Positions 1-12,879 of a stretch of 64,000 nt of DNA are shown piece after piece. Positions within the stretch are counted from its first letter, which is position 1; the number at the start of each line of letters is the position of its first letter. The notes under the pieces were generated by a model. It saw only the letters and a list, made by a program, of their open reading frames with translations, had not been told where the DNA came from and made no database searches. Where the stretch lies: NCBI RefSeq assembly GCF_018977255.1, contig NW_024704743.1, positions 60,638,001-60,702,000 of the forward strand, written 5' to 3'. Position numbers and translations under genes: made by a program. Origin of the DNA: Callorhinchus milii. Taxonomy: Eukaryota.

Positions 1-86
1 GGCCCTGACACCTGATTGTTCAGCACTTTGGTACATCCTCCCGACGTGAAAGGCGCTCTACAAATGTAATTTTGTTGTTGTTGTTG
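1..86 (+). mobile_element. L2 LINE 3' terminus (truncated by window edge)
   Basis: ctgattgttcagcactttggtacatcctcccgacgtgaaaggcgctctacaaatgtaattttgttgttgttgttg matches the 3' end of the RT-bearing L2 copy at 58890-58960; ends in (TTG)n. Confidence 0.85.
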
Positions 87-1109
87 AGAGAAAAACAGAA
101 AACTAAGGGCTCCTTTAGGAAATTGGAATAGTACAACAACAATTTACACTTATATAATGTGCGTCACATAAGCTAATGTCCCAGAGTGCTTAAATGGTAG
201 TTGAGAAAAGGGGCTGGAAGATTAGCAAGTATAATATTTGGCACCAAAATGGTAAAATATAAAAATTGTGTTTTTCCCTTATAGTCTCTGTTAGACACCA
301 GTTCAACAAATAAAACAAGTGCTCATTGCCATCTGGATATGATGACCATATGTATTGACTGTCATTGGAAAACATCAGCATGGAGTGAAGAGGCAGGGGG
401 AGGGGAATGCTGAACTGCAGTGGAGAAGTTTATTTAATTTTATTTAAAGCATAATTTAATGCTGAAGGAGTCTTCTTAGGGCACTGGTAACATTTTAATA
501 CAAGATTGTTTTACAGGCTAAGACTAACTGCAATTTTGGTCCTTTAATGTTTTCAATTTTGCCCTCATGTAGAAAACAAGAATGTTGGTGTTAGTTGACT
601 TTCTGCTATTATTACTGACAGTGAAGCTTATTCTGTATTCCCTGGGGGCAACCACAGCCATTAGTTCGAGTTCACTGCCGATGTTAGCAATAAATAACTC
701 TTATGTTGATTAAAACTATTATGATCTGTTACTTTATTCAAAATGTTGTTTCAATGACTGTAGTTTCCTCGAAGTTCTTTTTTAAAACTGAACTCTGAAT
801 TGCAAAATAGGTACTATTTGAAGTGTTATTAATTCAAATGAATGTCCTGAAACACAATGTAACAATTTGTAATAACTCAATGATAAAGAAGGATATTGCT
901 CAGTCCAGAAGTTTAGGAATGCTTAATATAGGTACAGTAATTGATGTTCAAAATTTAATCGGATTTTAAATTTAAGACCCATGGGGGTTTGTAGTGTTTT
1001 ATAATGTGTTCTGTGTATTCATTAAGTCAGCACAAAGAATAAGTTATGAACACCCCATTTTCTTAAAATTTAAGGTTTTCAGAATTAAGAAAATGTTAAG
1101 ATAATACAC

Positions 1110-1278
1110 ATAGCAAACACAGTTGCAGTCTGAAACTCACCTGTAAGAATTCAGATCAATAGCAATGCTGATAGGGATAAACTTCCTTAAGCAGGGTGAA
1201 GCTCAATAGCTTATTATGCACAGATTTGTTCAAAAACATCCCCTGTGTGATAAAGCATATTCCTAGATGTATTTAAAA
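1110..1278 (+). repeat. Dispersed/duplicated ~170-bp segment, copy 1 (copy 2 at ~2820-2989)
   Basis: Shared blocks agggataaacttcctta, tatgcaca(g/a)atttgt, aaaacatc(c/a)cctgtgtgata(a/g)agcatattccta in the same order and orientation. Confidence 0.8.
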
Positions 1279-1418
1279 TAATAAACTTCAGGACGAGACC
1301 AGATGGGATTTCAGCCTTTTGGTTTTATTGATTCACAGCACTTTTCATTGTCGAAGTCACACTTACCAGTGCTTCGAAGTCACAGCTAACAATTCCCAAC
1401 AACAATGGAAAATAAATA

Positions 1419-1993
1419 CAGTAAAACTCACATAAATCTTATAAATGGTATAATCGCCCAAGTTATACATTCACCCGAGTGCTATTCAGTTTTCTATCGA
1501 AACCACTTAGATTTCTTTGCATTAGTCGATTTAATTACCTCCTAACTCAGAATTCCACACCCTACTCTCCATACTCCCGCGTATACCTGAATCGCAGGAA
1601 CTGATGTCCTGACCCATTGACGCATGCACACTTAGCATCCTGCTGCATTGAGTTGTGGGAAATTTTGTCTTGATCCGTCGATGCATGCACCAAAGAACTT
1701 GATTTCCTGTGATTCAATGTGATTCAAAATGGTTGACGGCATGTGCACATGTGTTGACGGGTCACGATGCATTGAATCATGAGAAATGCAATCTCGACCG
1801 GTCAACACATGCAAATTTTGCGGCTGCAGTGGTGAACTACCGCGTGCGTACCTACCAGCTTCAATAAATTGCGCATGTGAAGTGTAGGTTACTGATTAAA
1901 TCGGATTTCCTGCATTTATACAGTTTGCCTACAACTTGGACTTTGCATAAGTCATGTTAAATATTATGGTCCTAACTTATGTGAGTTTTACTG
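1419..1993. mobile_element. Non-autonomous DNA transposon (MITE), Tc1/mariner-pogo (Tigger-like)
   Basis: Perfect 17-bp TIRs CAGTAAAACTCACATAA (1419-1435) / TTATGTGAGTTTTACTG (1977-1993), flanked by TA at 1417-1418 and 1994-1995; no transposase ORF. Confidence 0.85.
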
Positions 1994-2819
1994 TATAACA
2001 ATTGCACATAAAAAAAGAAATTTTCTCAGTTTGAATCAGGGAACCTGCACAGTCAGAGTGAGATGTAAACTGACTGACAGTGCAGTAACTAAGAGATAAA
2101 TGTCAGCTTGGCTTCCCAGCCCCAGGACTTCCAACAAATCTGACTGCAACTCCACTGACTGCAATATTAAAGGCTTCCAGTTACCCACGAGAGTTTCAAA
2201 TCTATTTTACTTTTCCCATCAAGTTGATAGATTGATAGATCTTTGCACAGAAGAGTAGAAAATAGCACAGACCAGATGCAGACTTAGCTCACTCCACTCC
2301 AACCCACACCATATTAATACGATAGTTTTCTATTTCCAATATCAACCATTCTATTTGGTACCTCTGAGTCAGATTGACAATTTAGCCATCAGCCTACCAA
2401 GTCCTCAGCCTCCAGTAACTGGGTTAAGATTGACCAAACCTATTTCACATAGGACATTTACAAAAAGCAGAGCCAGATGTTATTTCCCTCATAGATCAGG
2501 GGTGATTTCAAACTCACATCCCCGAGATGAAGGCATTACTGTGCCATTTAATGGCCTTTGAAAACAAAATGTTTTGAAAATGTCGATGCTAAAAGTGGGA
2601 GTTGCAGAAACTCCTGTTATATAGCTACTGATGCAGAATAAAATAAGCAGGCTAGCCTCGGGTTATGTCACTTACTCCAATAGTGTACTGACATGCCTAG
2701 GCGGATTTATTAAGTCATGTTAACATCAAAACTAAAGTTGCAGTATGAAAAGGCAGCATTGCTGTTTTTATGGCTTTTCTTCCGGTCAGGATTCTGAGAG
2801 CAATTCAGTTCACTAAACA

Positions 2820-2989
2820 TCTGCTGAGCACACCTGCAGGCTGAAGCTGTCTTGTAAAGTTTTAGATCCATATCAATCCCGACAGGGATAAACTTCCTTA
2901 TATCAGCGTAAAACTGCAGAGCTTGGTATGCACAAATTTGTGGCAAAACATCACCTGTGTGATAGAGCATATTCCTAAATGTATGAAAA
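2820..2989 (+). repeat. Dispersed/duplicated ~170-bp segment, copy 2
   Basis: Similar to 1110-1278. Confidence 0.8.
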
Positions 2990-3469
2990 TGAGTCACCTC
3001 ATCTATAAATTGCCTTTCTGTAAATAAAACAGCATGCTAAGCACCTTTTTATGAAATAATATTGATGATCGTGTGTTTATGTAGCTTTAATGAGGTGAAT
3101 AAGAGAAATACTTGGAGTGTCATTGAGTTAATGCAAATTGATACAGTGTGTTTGAGGACATTAACTCTGGGTTGAGTAGATCTACAATAACAACATGTTT
3201 AATGAGCAGATATTAATCAATCATCGTGTGGGATCAGTGGAGCCCAGACTACAGAATAGTTAGTTTCTAGTAATATAAAAGAGTATGGGGAGTGAGCAGG
3301 GGAATAGGATTAGATTAGATGACTCAATTTGAGAAAAATTTGAGATAAGAATAATATTTGCATTTGCAAATGCCTATAACGTTGAAGAATCTCAAAGCAT
3401 TTCAGTCTGTAAAGTATAGTGATGAAGTGACACCTATGGAATGAATGACCAATTTTATCTGAGCAATTA

Positions 3470-3900
3470 ATAATAATAATCCTTGCATTTAATATAGTGT
3501 CTTTCACATTGAGAGCACTCAAAGTGTTTCATGTTATTTAGTGTAAAGTGTAGTGACTCTATTTTGTAAGCAAGAAGGGCAACCAATTTGCAAGCACAAT
3601 CTTTCACAAACAGCCAGGAAGTGGACCAATTTCAAATGGGGGATTGTTGGCCAGGTACCGTGAGAAACGTCTTTTTTCTTTTCAAATAGTGCCATGGGAT
3701 CTTTACCATCCACCTGAACAAACAGACAGGACCTCAGTTAAACATCTCATGCGAAGGACGGCACCTCCAAAACTCCAGTATTTCTGTAACACTGTAATGG
3801 ATTGTCAGCCTGGACCGTGAGCTCAAAGTCCCACGTGGGGCCCTGTACACACAACCTTCTGATTCAGTGCTGAGATTGCTACCAACAGAGCCAGGCTGAC
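3470..3900 (-). mobile_element. Old near-full-length Deu-domain SINE (SacSINE1/AmnSINE1-like)
   Basis: Reverse strand reads gtcagcctggctc... head, gaggtgccgtccttcgcatgagatgtttaactgaggtcctgtctg...aagatcccatggcactatttgaaaag core, ending tgcaaggattattatt; same layout recurs across the window. Confidence 0.7.
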
Positions 3901-4459
3901 ACCACAAGACTATTGTCATGAGCCAAGTGACCTGTTTTTGTACTGTAACATTCTAGTAACAGTCAATTTACAGCAATTGTTATTTAGGATTTAACTCGTT
4001 TGCAATAAAATGTTACGGAAACACAAAAGCAAAATAATTAGGATAATATAAATGTATTTGTTTCAGTATGAAGGATGTAAATGACATTTACTGTGTTCCA
4101 AGCTCATTTATTTCCAGCTCAACTCTTGCTGGAGTGCATATGCTGGATGGAGGGTGGAAATCTGCACATTTAACATTTGTAGATATTTTTACCTGAGTTC
4201 ACATGTCCACTGTATTATGGTTGAAACATCATTTGCTGGAATGTCTTCAGAAAATATTTAAAGTAAATAAAAACTCTACATAAATCTTACCCTGGAGTTC
4301 ACATCAGTATTTGAAAAGAATAAAAAAGTACAACTTGTATTTTTATAGCGCCCTTAACGCAGGCTGGCAACACCGAGCACTTGAAGTAGACAAGTTTCCA
4401 AACCAGAAGTATTTTTCTTGGTTACAAGTCTTGCAAATGAATGAATTTATTTTCAAACT

Positions 4460-4930
4460 GGGAATGATTGCTTCCACAAGGATTTGATCATTGGCATCAA
4501 CTGCATACATGTGGCAATGAGGTCTCCCACGGTCAATTCTCTAACCTGACCTGATCTCCCCTCAAGGGTTTTCATTACATCAGTGTGCAGCCAGTGAGTG
4601 ATGCACAAAGACATATTGCACATCAAGGCACAAGTCCCAGGATCAACACATGAATCCTTCATCTTCAACCAGTCATCTCTGGCTGCAGCATTGAACACAA
4701 TGACAGGCTGCAAGGCTGTTTGCCAGGGAATTTGGGTAATGGCCTGAAACCATGGCTTCTAACTCCATTGCTCAAAGCAAAAGAGAAGTAGAACTAACCA
4801 CACAAGAAACCTCACACAGCCATTTGGAAAGAGATTGAGCAGCAGTCTCAGTGACCACGCAGGACTCCACACTATGAGCCAGGCTACATGTACACAATGG
4901 TTGTGGTAAATGTTGTATAACGTTGCCTTT
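4460..4930 (+). mobile_element. Decayed PIF/Harbinger transposase (DDE nuclease) fragment
   Basis: Across frameshifts translates to GINCIHVAMR, KGFHYISVQPVSDAQRHI, VPGSTHESFIFNQS, CLPGNLGNGLKPWLLTP, in the order of Harbinger motifs IDCxHV / KGFHSINVQ.V.D / PGS.HDS / LGD.GY.L.PWL.TP. Confidence 0.8.
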
Positions 4931-5039
4931 CACAATAAACTACAATCCTATAATAATCCTTGCACTTCATATAGGCCTTATCACATCTTTGATCTTTGAA
5001 CCTGTGCACAACTTAGGGTTTCCTTTCTACCCCACATAT

Positions 5040-6157
5040 GTTCAATGACCAGGACTGCTTTTTTCCACCTCCATCATATTGTCCACCTCCGACCGTACCT
5101 CACAAACAGAGCAGCCATCCACAACTTTGTCACTTCTTGGTTATACTATTCCAATGTTCTCCTCGCTGGTCACCTCAGCTCCACCATACACAAAATTCAA
5201 CTAATTCGAAACTCCGCCGCCCAGATACTCACCCGCACGAAACTCGGTATCCCCATCACACCAGTCCCTGCCAGGGTACACTGGCTCCAAATTGCCGAAT
5301 TGATAGAATGTCTGTCGGACATCAAGTTCTGGATGAGAGCTAACCTTCTTCAGTTGAACGTCAACAAGACCGAGACTCTCCTGATTGGCTCCCGTCAACG
5401 CCTCCTCACCTCAGGCGCTGACAGCATCACCATCCATGGTTGCACACTCCACCTCACTAAGCCAGTTCGGAACCTTGGGGTCTTGTTTGACCTTCAACTA
5501 TCCTCTCTACCCCACATCTGCGCCATGACCCGCTCTGTCTTCCCCACCGGGCCGCTGAAACCCTCATACATGATTTCATTACATCGAGGCTTGACTATGC
5601 AAACTCCCTGCTTGTCGACCTCCCCAACTCCTCCCTCCATAGGCTGCAGATCATCCAGAACTCTGCAGCCTGTGTCCTCTCCCACATTGGGCTCTGCGAC
5701 CCTATCACCCACATCCTCGCCCAACTCCACTGGCTTCCCATCACACAGAGGATACAGTTCAAGGTCCTGGTCCTCACCTTCAAAGCCCTCCATGGTCTTG
5801 CTCTCCCCTACCTTTGCAATCTCCTAATGCCCTACCATCTTGCTCGCTCCCCTGCTCAGCTGGCTCCGGCCTGCTTCACGTCCCTTGCCTCGCTCGCCCC
5901 ACTATTGGCAGGCAGGCCTTCTGCCACTCTGCCCCCACCCTCTGGACCTCCATCCAGCAGTCCCTCCACCTCACCCCCTCCCTTGCCACCTTCAAGACCC
6001 ATCCTCTTCAACCGTGCTTTTGATCTCCCTGCTTCCTCCCCTGCCCTCCACCCTCCCCAACCCCAACCCCCAGCTCAGGTCCGTAACTCTGTGTGTCCAG
6101 CGCTTTGGGACATCCTGATGTGAAAGGCTCTTTACAAATGTAATTCTGTTGTTGTTG
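5040..6157 (+). mobile_element. L2 LINE ORF2 C-terminal fragments and 3' end (composite of two pieces)
   Basis: ORF 5045-5827 includes [22 protein letters not shown]...VRNLGVLFD; 5045-5290 encodes a region that normally lies downstream; ends in tacaaatgtaattctgttgttgttg. Confidence 0.9.
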
Positions 6158-6164
6158 ATTGATT

Positions 6165-6560
6165 TCAAGAACCTCTCAGACATTCTCAAATCTCTTCATG
6201 CCCTCGTACCTCCCTACCTATCTGTTTTGCTTGCTCTCTATTCCACCACCCGCTGCCTCCGCTCAGCTGGCTCCAGCCTCTAGTTTGTCCCTCGTCCCCT
6301 CCGTTTCACCATTGGTGGCCGTGCCTTTAGCCACTGCGCCCTGAAACTCTGGACCTCTCTCCCCCAATCACTCCGCCTGCCCCCTCCTTCCCCACTTTCA
6401 AATGCCGCCTAAAGACCTCCCTTTTTGCTCATGGTTATGGTCACTTCCTCCTTCCTTCTGCCTCCTGGCTCGGTGTCAGACACCTGTGAAGCGCTCTGGG
6501 ACGCTACTCCACTAGAAGGGCGCTGTATAAATGCAAGTTGTTGTTGTTGGTGTTGTTGTA
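6165..6560 (+). mobile_element. L2 3' fragment (second subfamily) directly after the previous L2
   Basis: Pyrimidine-rich L2 C-terminal coding remnant; tail gtgaagcgctctgggacgct...gggcgctgtataaatgcaagttgttgttgttg. Confidence 0.8.
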
Positions 6561-8561
6561 GTGCTTAACATGATATTAAATGGAATAAGAGCAGGTATCC
6601 TAAATATTTTCAAATGATTTTTTCTACTGTTGATAGATTCCATATTCTCATGAAGCAGAATATAGATGCCCAAACCTGTGTTCCAGACTCAATCAACATT
6701 TGTACACCATCTTAAATAGATCCAACAGGGACAGCACAATATTTATGTTCTCTTATAAGGAGACAAAGGAGGGTGTTTTCTTTTCTGAGGTATGCCGAGT
6801 CCAGGTTTCTGTCAGTTCAGACTTTAGCTTAGAATGTGTAGAACTAACAACAAAGGGTCTATTTATGCTCCTTAGTCAAATAGATGTCCCAACAGACCAT
6901 CTCTGCTTCCTAAAAAACATTTTCAGTTATTGCTACTGGGTTTTCAAAGGAAAGAGATAGAGACAGTCACAGCGGCAGTCTAGGAGGAGTGCAGGCTTGT
7001 TTAACCTGGTGGATTGTAGGTCTGATGGATTGTTGTACTTGGCAAGTCTAGTACTACAATTGAACATACGTTCTATCTCATTTGTTGAGAACAGGCCAGT
7101 GCTTTCTTGGAAATAGCTGCAACACGATTTATGGCACAGATATGGGCATTAACCCATGGAAACAGTCTCCAGATTTCCACAGGTATCAAGGTATCAAAAC
7201 AAAACCAGGACTTGTTTTTAACATTTGAAAACAAATTATGGATTTATGATCTGACTGGTGATCACTCCTTACCCTATTGCCATAGATACATCATCATATC
7301 AGGAAACAAAACAACCACAAGGTACTGATTTATTTTCATCCCATTTTAGAATTATGTTTCAGGGACTCATTTCACAATGAAGCTCCATTTCCCAATCAAA
7401 TGAAACATGTGACAACCTATGTAGAGCAAATTTAAAAGGGGAATGCGCGCTAGCTAACTCTCTGTGAAGTGCATAGCATTCTTTCAGAGGTAACTCCAGA
7501 CATCACAGAAACTCACAAGACTCTGGCTCAAAGGAGATCACAGATCACAGGTAGAGACTCATAAATCAATGTGACACACAGAGGCTTCCCAGCAGAAAAC
7601 AGTTTACACCACAAAGCGCTGTTATCTGCTGGCCCATGCCAATAACATTACCGCTTACCTCAGCATGCTTTTTTAATCTGATTCAAGGATTGAATTTGCC
7701 CCTGATTTTTAACCTTTTCTTGTATCACATTGGTGTAGACTCTGAGAGGTCAAAAGCAATGTGATAAAATCCAGCCCCTCTATCAAAAAGAAAGCCTGAG
7801 ACGGCAAATAAAAGGAAAGGCTGATGAAATGAGAGACACTGGTTTATCCATTTCAAAAGAGCAAGCGTTTCTTTGCTGGACTGAACAAGCAGGCAGTGCT
7901 ATTTCACGCGACTCTACATGAAGAAAGGTATTAATAGCTTGCAAAGTATATTCATCTCAGAAGAAGGATATTGTACTTCATATTTGAAACTGCTGTCACT
8001 TTGGCGTTGATGCAAAGTACATTAAAAGGGACAAATTCCATTTTCTTTGTGTGTGGACTGTTAGCTCTGCGAAGTAATCAGAAAGGTAATTTATTTGATG
8101 GCAAAACAAAAGCTGTTCCAAAAGACATAACTGATTTGATGAAAATGAACTTGAGATTGATAAAGGAATGCAGAGTCCACGATTGTCAGATCAGCTAATG
8201 GTTGAATGCACTCTGGTGTCGTGGCTCCTTGTTGCAATGCCTTCTGAAGGAAACTCTGTAAAAAAGGCAAGAAACTTCTGCTGAAAGTTTTTTTTACTTA
8301 AAAGATCTGAGAGTCAAATAATATGGTTGAGTAACTGAGCTGAGTTCTTTCTGAAGAAGTACAGAAATTCACTAGTGACTTTAATTTTGCTCTGACATGC
8401 CTATTTAGTAATGTATGTGTCTCTATAATTGACTCTGTGTATAAACAACACATTTATTTTACGCCAGCTGTAAGCATTGCAGCTACGTTTACAACCAAAG
8501 GGTCCAATATGGAATGTAGATTGACACACAGACAGAAATTTCATCTTTATCTATAGTCATC

Positions 8562-8675
8562 TGGGAGAACTCCTGTGGGAGATCTCCTTTTGGGAGGACT
8601 CCTGTGGGAGGACTCCTTTTGGGAGGACTCAACAGGAGGACTTGGCGCTTTAAAAATGTAATTGTGTTGTTGTTG
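8562..8675 (+). repeat. Short tandem repeat (14/15-bp unit tgggaggactcctg/ttt, ~5.5 copies) joined to an L2-type tail
   Basis: Visible tandem units followed by ggcgctttaaaaatgtaattgtgttgttgttg. Confidence 0.8.
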
Positions 8676-10439
8676 CTGTGACTTAGCTTTGTCTGTGTGC
8701 TTTATTTTTTTCACGCCGCTTGGCTACGTATGTGCTCTGTGACGCACGATGCCACAGCGTCACTTTGACTCTGTGGCCACCAGATGTAACTACAGAAAAT
8801 AATGCAAAACTGAAAATAATTAATGAACGATAGGAGATACCCAAACACAAATATGCCCATGTCACTCTCAGATGCAAAATCTTTCCGATGAGGTATCAAC
8901 CATATCTGTATGTCAATTGCTTATTGAGATCCCTCTTGAAGCACAGACAGACATTGTTGTTTTATTAGTATAGAAGAAGAAAACTATAAACTGCTAGTCT
9001 ATGTCAAATTATTCAACTTCGTGAGAGAATTATTAGTAGCAAATGGATTTGAGAGTGTCTCATGGCATCTCTAAAGAAGTACATAACAGCGAGACATCAA
9101 GTGTTAGACTGCTACAAGAGAAACAGTAAAGTTTTACAGTAAGATTTGCCTTACTCCTTGATCCTTTCCTTATCTTAATTAATTACCCTTCCTTGCTTGA
9201 TTGTAAATCCATATTAGGAATTTTATTTCGGGGGAAATCCTCAATTGAAGCTTCCAATATGAATTTTCAACCACATTCTCAGGTAACTGTTTTTTACCTT
9301 AACTGCAAAGCTGTGAAGGTTTACCTAAACTGGAGCTCCATCAATGCTAGTTGCTTCTTGGCTACTGAGCAAAGCCACAGAGAATGATCCATTTTAATGT
9401 ACTTTGCATCATTGCTGAGGAGATGGAGGCTGGGAGCAGTAGGATGAGAGCGATGTGAACTATGAAATTGAGAGAAATGTCCAATATTTCTTAACTAAGC
9501 CATGGAAAGTGTAAATAAATACTGCAAATTTTACCCCAATGCTCCAAAAAAAATCTTGTTGGGGGAAAATTTCAGTTGAGATTAAGAATAAAGGAGAAAA
9601 TTTGTTCTCTATCCCGTCAATAAAATAATTAGTGCAACGATCATAGTGAATCTGTGAAAACATTCTATATTATAGCCTACCAGAGCTTATCCTTTATATA
9701 GTGAAGAGTATCCATCAGTCTTAGATGCTGGGTCTGTAAGAAAGATCCAATAAATTACAGGTACGTTGAGACATGCTGGCACTGACTAATCTATAAGCTC
9801 TCTATAAGTGTCTGAGATAGTGATTCTGGCCGCCAAAGTGAAGTTCTTCAGAAAGACAGAATGCAAATGTGTTATCGGTACTCTCAACTCATAAAGTCAA
9901 ATCTTCCAGCTTGAGAAAGAACTTTGTACGTTGGAAGATTTGGGGCAGAAAATACCAAAGAGTACGTATTTTCTCCAAATTTATCTCTGACCAATTCTTG
10001 TCAATTCCCCAGCACTGAGTTCAAATTTTGGCTATTCTGGTTTATGTACAGGGTACACCAGTGGTCCAAGATGAACTCAAACTTGACAAGAACTTGAAGG
10101 TCTCAGTGTGGCTGCGGATTGATTTGGTGCCTTGGGTTTGTTTGCTGTGCCGGCCTCTGCCAGACATGAAGGATCTTGTCATGTTGCTTTTTTCCTTCTT
10201 CCTATTCATCGTCTGGAACTTGGAAACTATCTGTAGAATATTGCTTTTATCTTTGGTTCTTTTATCCATCCTTATTATTCTTTTAAGACTTTACCACATG
10301 TTTATGTTGTGAGGAAATAAAGCAAAGAACATGATTTTCTTTGTATGTTATGAACAGTATGTACTTCTACAGAGATCCGAGGAAAAGGCTGGTAAATTGA
10401 ATGTGGTGTTCGCAAGTGACAAGAACTGTAAAGAAAACT

Positions 10440-10930
10440 ACTACTATGCCTGGTTTATACATGGGCACAGAGTATAAAACTAACGCAATAATGTTAAATT
10501 TGTATAAATCATTGGTTAGGTGGAAACTGGAGTATTGTATCCGGCACCTCACTTCAGGAAAGATGTTAAGGCTTTAGAGGCAAAAGAAGAACTTAGGAGG
10601 ATTTTTTTTACCAGAGAATAATTGGAATATGAACGCCCTGCCGAGTAGAGTGGTGGAGATGGAATCCATTATAGTGATCCTCCAATCGACTAACAACCGG
10701 GTTCCTATTTACTGCGAGGTAAACAGAGGCATGTGGAGTAAGAAAACTTGCCCAACATTTTGCCCTGACAGGAATAGCACCCAGGTCTCTCGCTTGTGCT
10801 CTAACCACTGAGCTATAGACTCCACAAAAGAGTGAAATGGGACTGAAAGGGTTGCACTTAAAAGAGGCAGTAAAGATACAATGGGCTGAATGGTCTTCTT
10901 CTATGCTGTAAATCTCTATGGTCTATGGTT
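10440..10930 (+). mobile_element. CR1 LINE 3' fragment interrupted by a minus-strand SINE head (~10670-10825)
   Basis: ctggagtattgtatc...cacttcaggaaagatgtt (LEYC..HF.KD-like) and NALPSRVVE remnants; tail atgggctgaatggtcttcttctatgctgtaaatctctatggtctatg. Confidence 0.7.
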
Positions 10931-12879
10931 CAAATAAGAGGAATAAAGAATACATCTTTCTCTCTTTATTCCCTCCCTGCCCCATTCCTCTCCCCACCTC
11001 CATACCCACAACACAACACACATTGGAGGAGGATTCTGCCTTTTCTGCTCTAAATATTTTTTCAATGGATTGTAAAATGTTGATCTTTGGAATTTGCCTC
11101 ATGTACATTACAAATGCAGGATAACTTTTTCCAGATCCCAGAAAACACAATAATAAAATAATAATCCTTACATCTGGTATAGCGCCTTTCACATCTGGAG
11201 AATGTCCTGACGTGCTTCACAGGACGTACTATGAAGTGCAGTCGTTGTGTGTTTTGTGGGTGAATATGGCAGACAAATTCTTGTCTTTTTGAATAGTGCG
11301 TGGGATCTTTAAATGCCCACAGGCTGTTTAATGACTCAACCAAGGATTTGTGATATCCTAATGTTGAATATTGGATGTTCAGCTCACACAGGAAAATCCT
11401 TGTTTCCTGCTTGATTCCCGCTCTTGTTTAGACTCTAGTTTAATGTTTCACTTTCCCGTCACCCCAAATTAATTATGGAGTAAGTAAAAAATCGGGAGAA
11501 TATGTGCCAAGTGCTGTCGAGCAGACTCACTCTAGCCTTAGGAGTCTGCACTTTCCACTTGAATGCTACTTGAAGTCCAGTCCTCTCACACTTAAACATC
11601 CTGGAGTCCCTTCGCCTCACTCACTTCCTCACCTTGTTCAAGACCTACCTGTTTGAGTGCACCTTCAGTTATATTTCCCCTCCACATCGCTCTTGGTTCA
11701 GGTGTCAAGCCAGGATCGTTAAGCGCTTTGAAAAATCCTTCTGACGTGAAGGCGCTACTATATAAGTGTAAATTAGTACTGTAATATGCAATTGATTTTT
11801 TAAAAAAAGCTATCCAATTTACAACTACTGAACATTGCGCCTTTTATGTTGGGAACACATCGCAATGTGTTTGCAAGGAAAAAGTTGCAGAACTTTGAGA
11901 TATCAACAGGTCAACAATTTTGGCAGGTAAACAAAAGGCCCATCATTTCCTTCTTAAGGACTTTCAGCTATAAGAAGAAATAAAAATGGATTTCATAAAT
12001 CAAGAGAAATTCTGAACAACAATATCCAATTTCCTGAGTTTACACATCTTTGCTGGCTCAGTCAGTGAGCAATGGACTTGAGACTAAAACGTTCTTAGTC
12101 AAAATCCCAGTGAAATGTAAGTGATACAAAACTATATTGTAAGGGTTTCTCACTTTCAGTTATTGGTCTTGTTGAAAATCTGTAGATCACAATTTATCGA
12201 TTTGATGTAAATTCTCCTATCAGAAAAGGAACCAAAATATATTGCCATTGGAGTCCACAGATAATTCGGAACTCATTCTATTTTCTCACACAACTGTATT
12301 TAATGCAAACAAATGTTTAAAGGAGAAAAGTGCATTTCTTACATAAAGAGGTTTTGATACTACATTATTTCACACAACAGTTATTGCCGTTGAGCATTTG
12401 AGTACAGAATCATATAAAGGACAACCCTACTCTTAAAAGTTACCCTGAAGCCCAAGGCAAAAGTTGTTCATTTTTGCAGCACTAATGACTGCAGTTGTTT
12501 GCTTCGTTGCATTATACTGTACTTACTGACCTTGCCATAGCCTTGCCCTGGGGCAACTCAAATGAAACACATATTGCCACAGAGCAAGGTTATGGCATTT
12601 TCAAAATACTTCAAAAGGTTCATAAACACAAGCAATCTGGCCAATTATTCAGACAGAAAATTTGCTGATATGCTAAGGAAAGTTAGATTTTAAATATCTT
12701 TTTAGAAATTAACAGTGATGTTGATGGGAGAAATATTGAAGTCACTCTCTACCACAATCAATCTAGGAATGTGTACAGACCATTAGCATAGGCATAAAGG
12801 TAAAACCTGCTTCACTAAAATAATTATATTTAAGGTGTCTTCATCTCATTATGATGGCTGTTCACCTTTTTGTTGTTTG

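Noticed and set aside
5045..5827. Longest ORF (260 aa) as a host gene
   Set aside because: Chimeric L2 ORF2 remnant: two out-of-order fragments plus a frameshifted tail
10028..10312. 94-aa ORF with a hydrophobic C-terminus and an antisense 75-aa ORF
   Set aside because: TTG start, no splice-supported partner exons, no recognisable family
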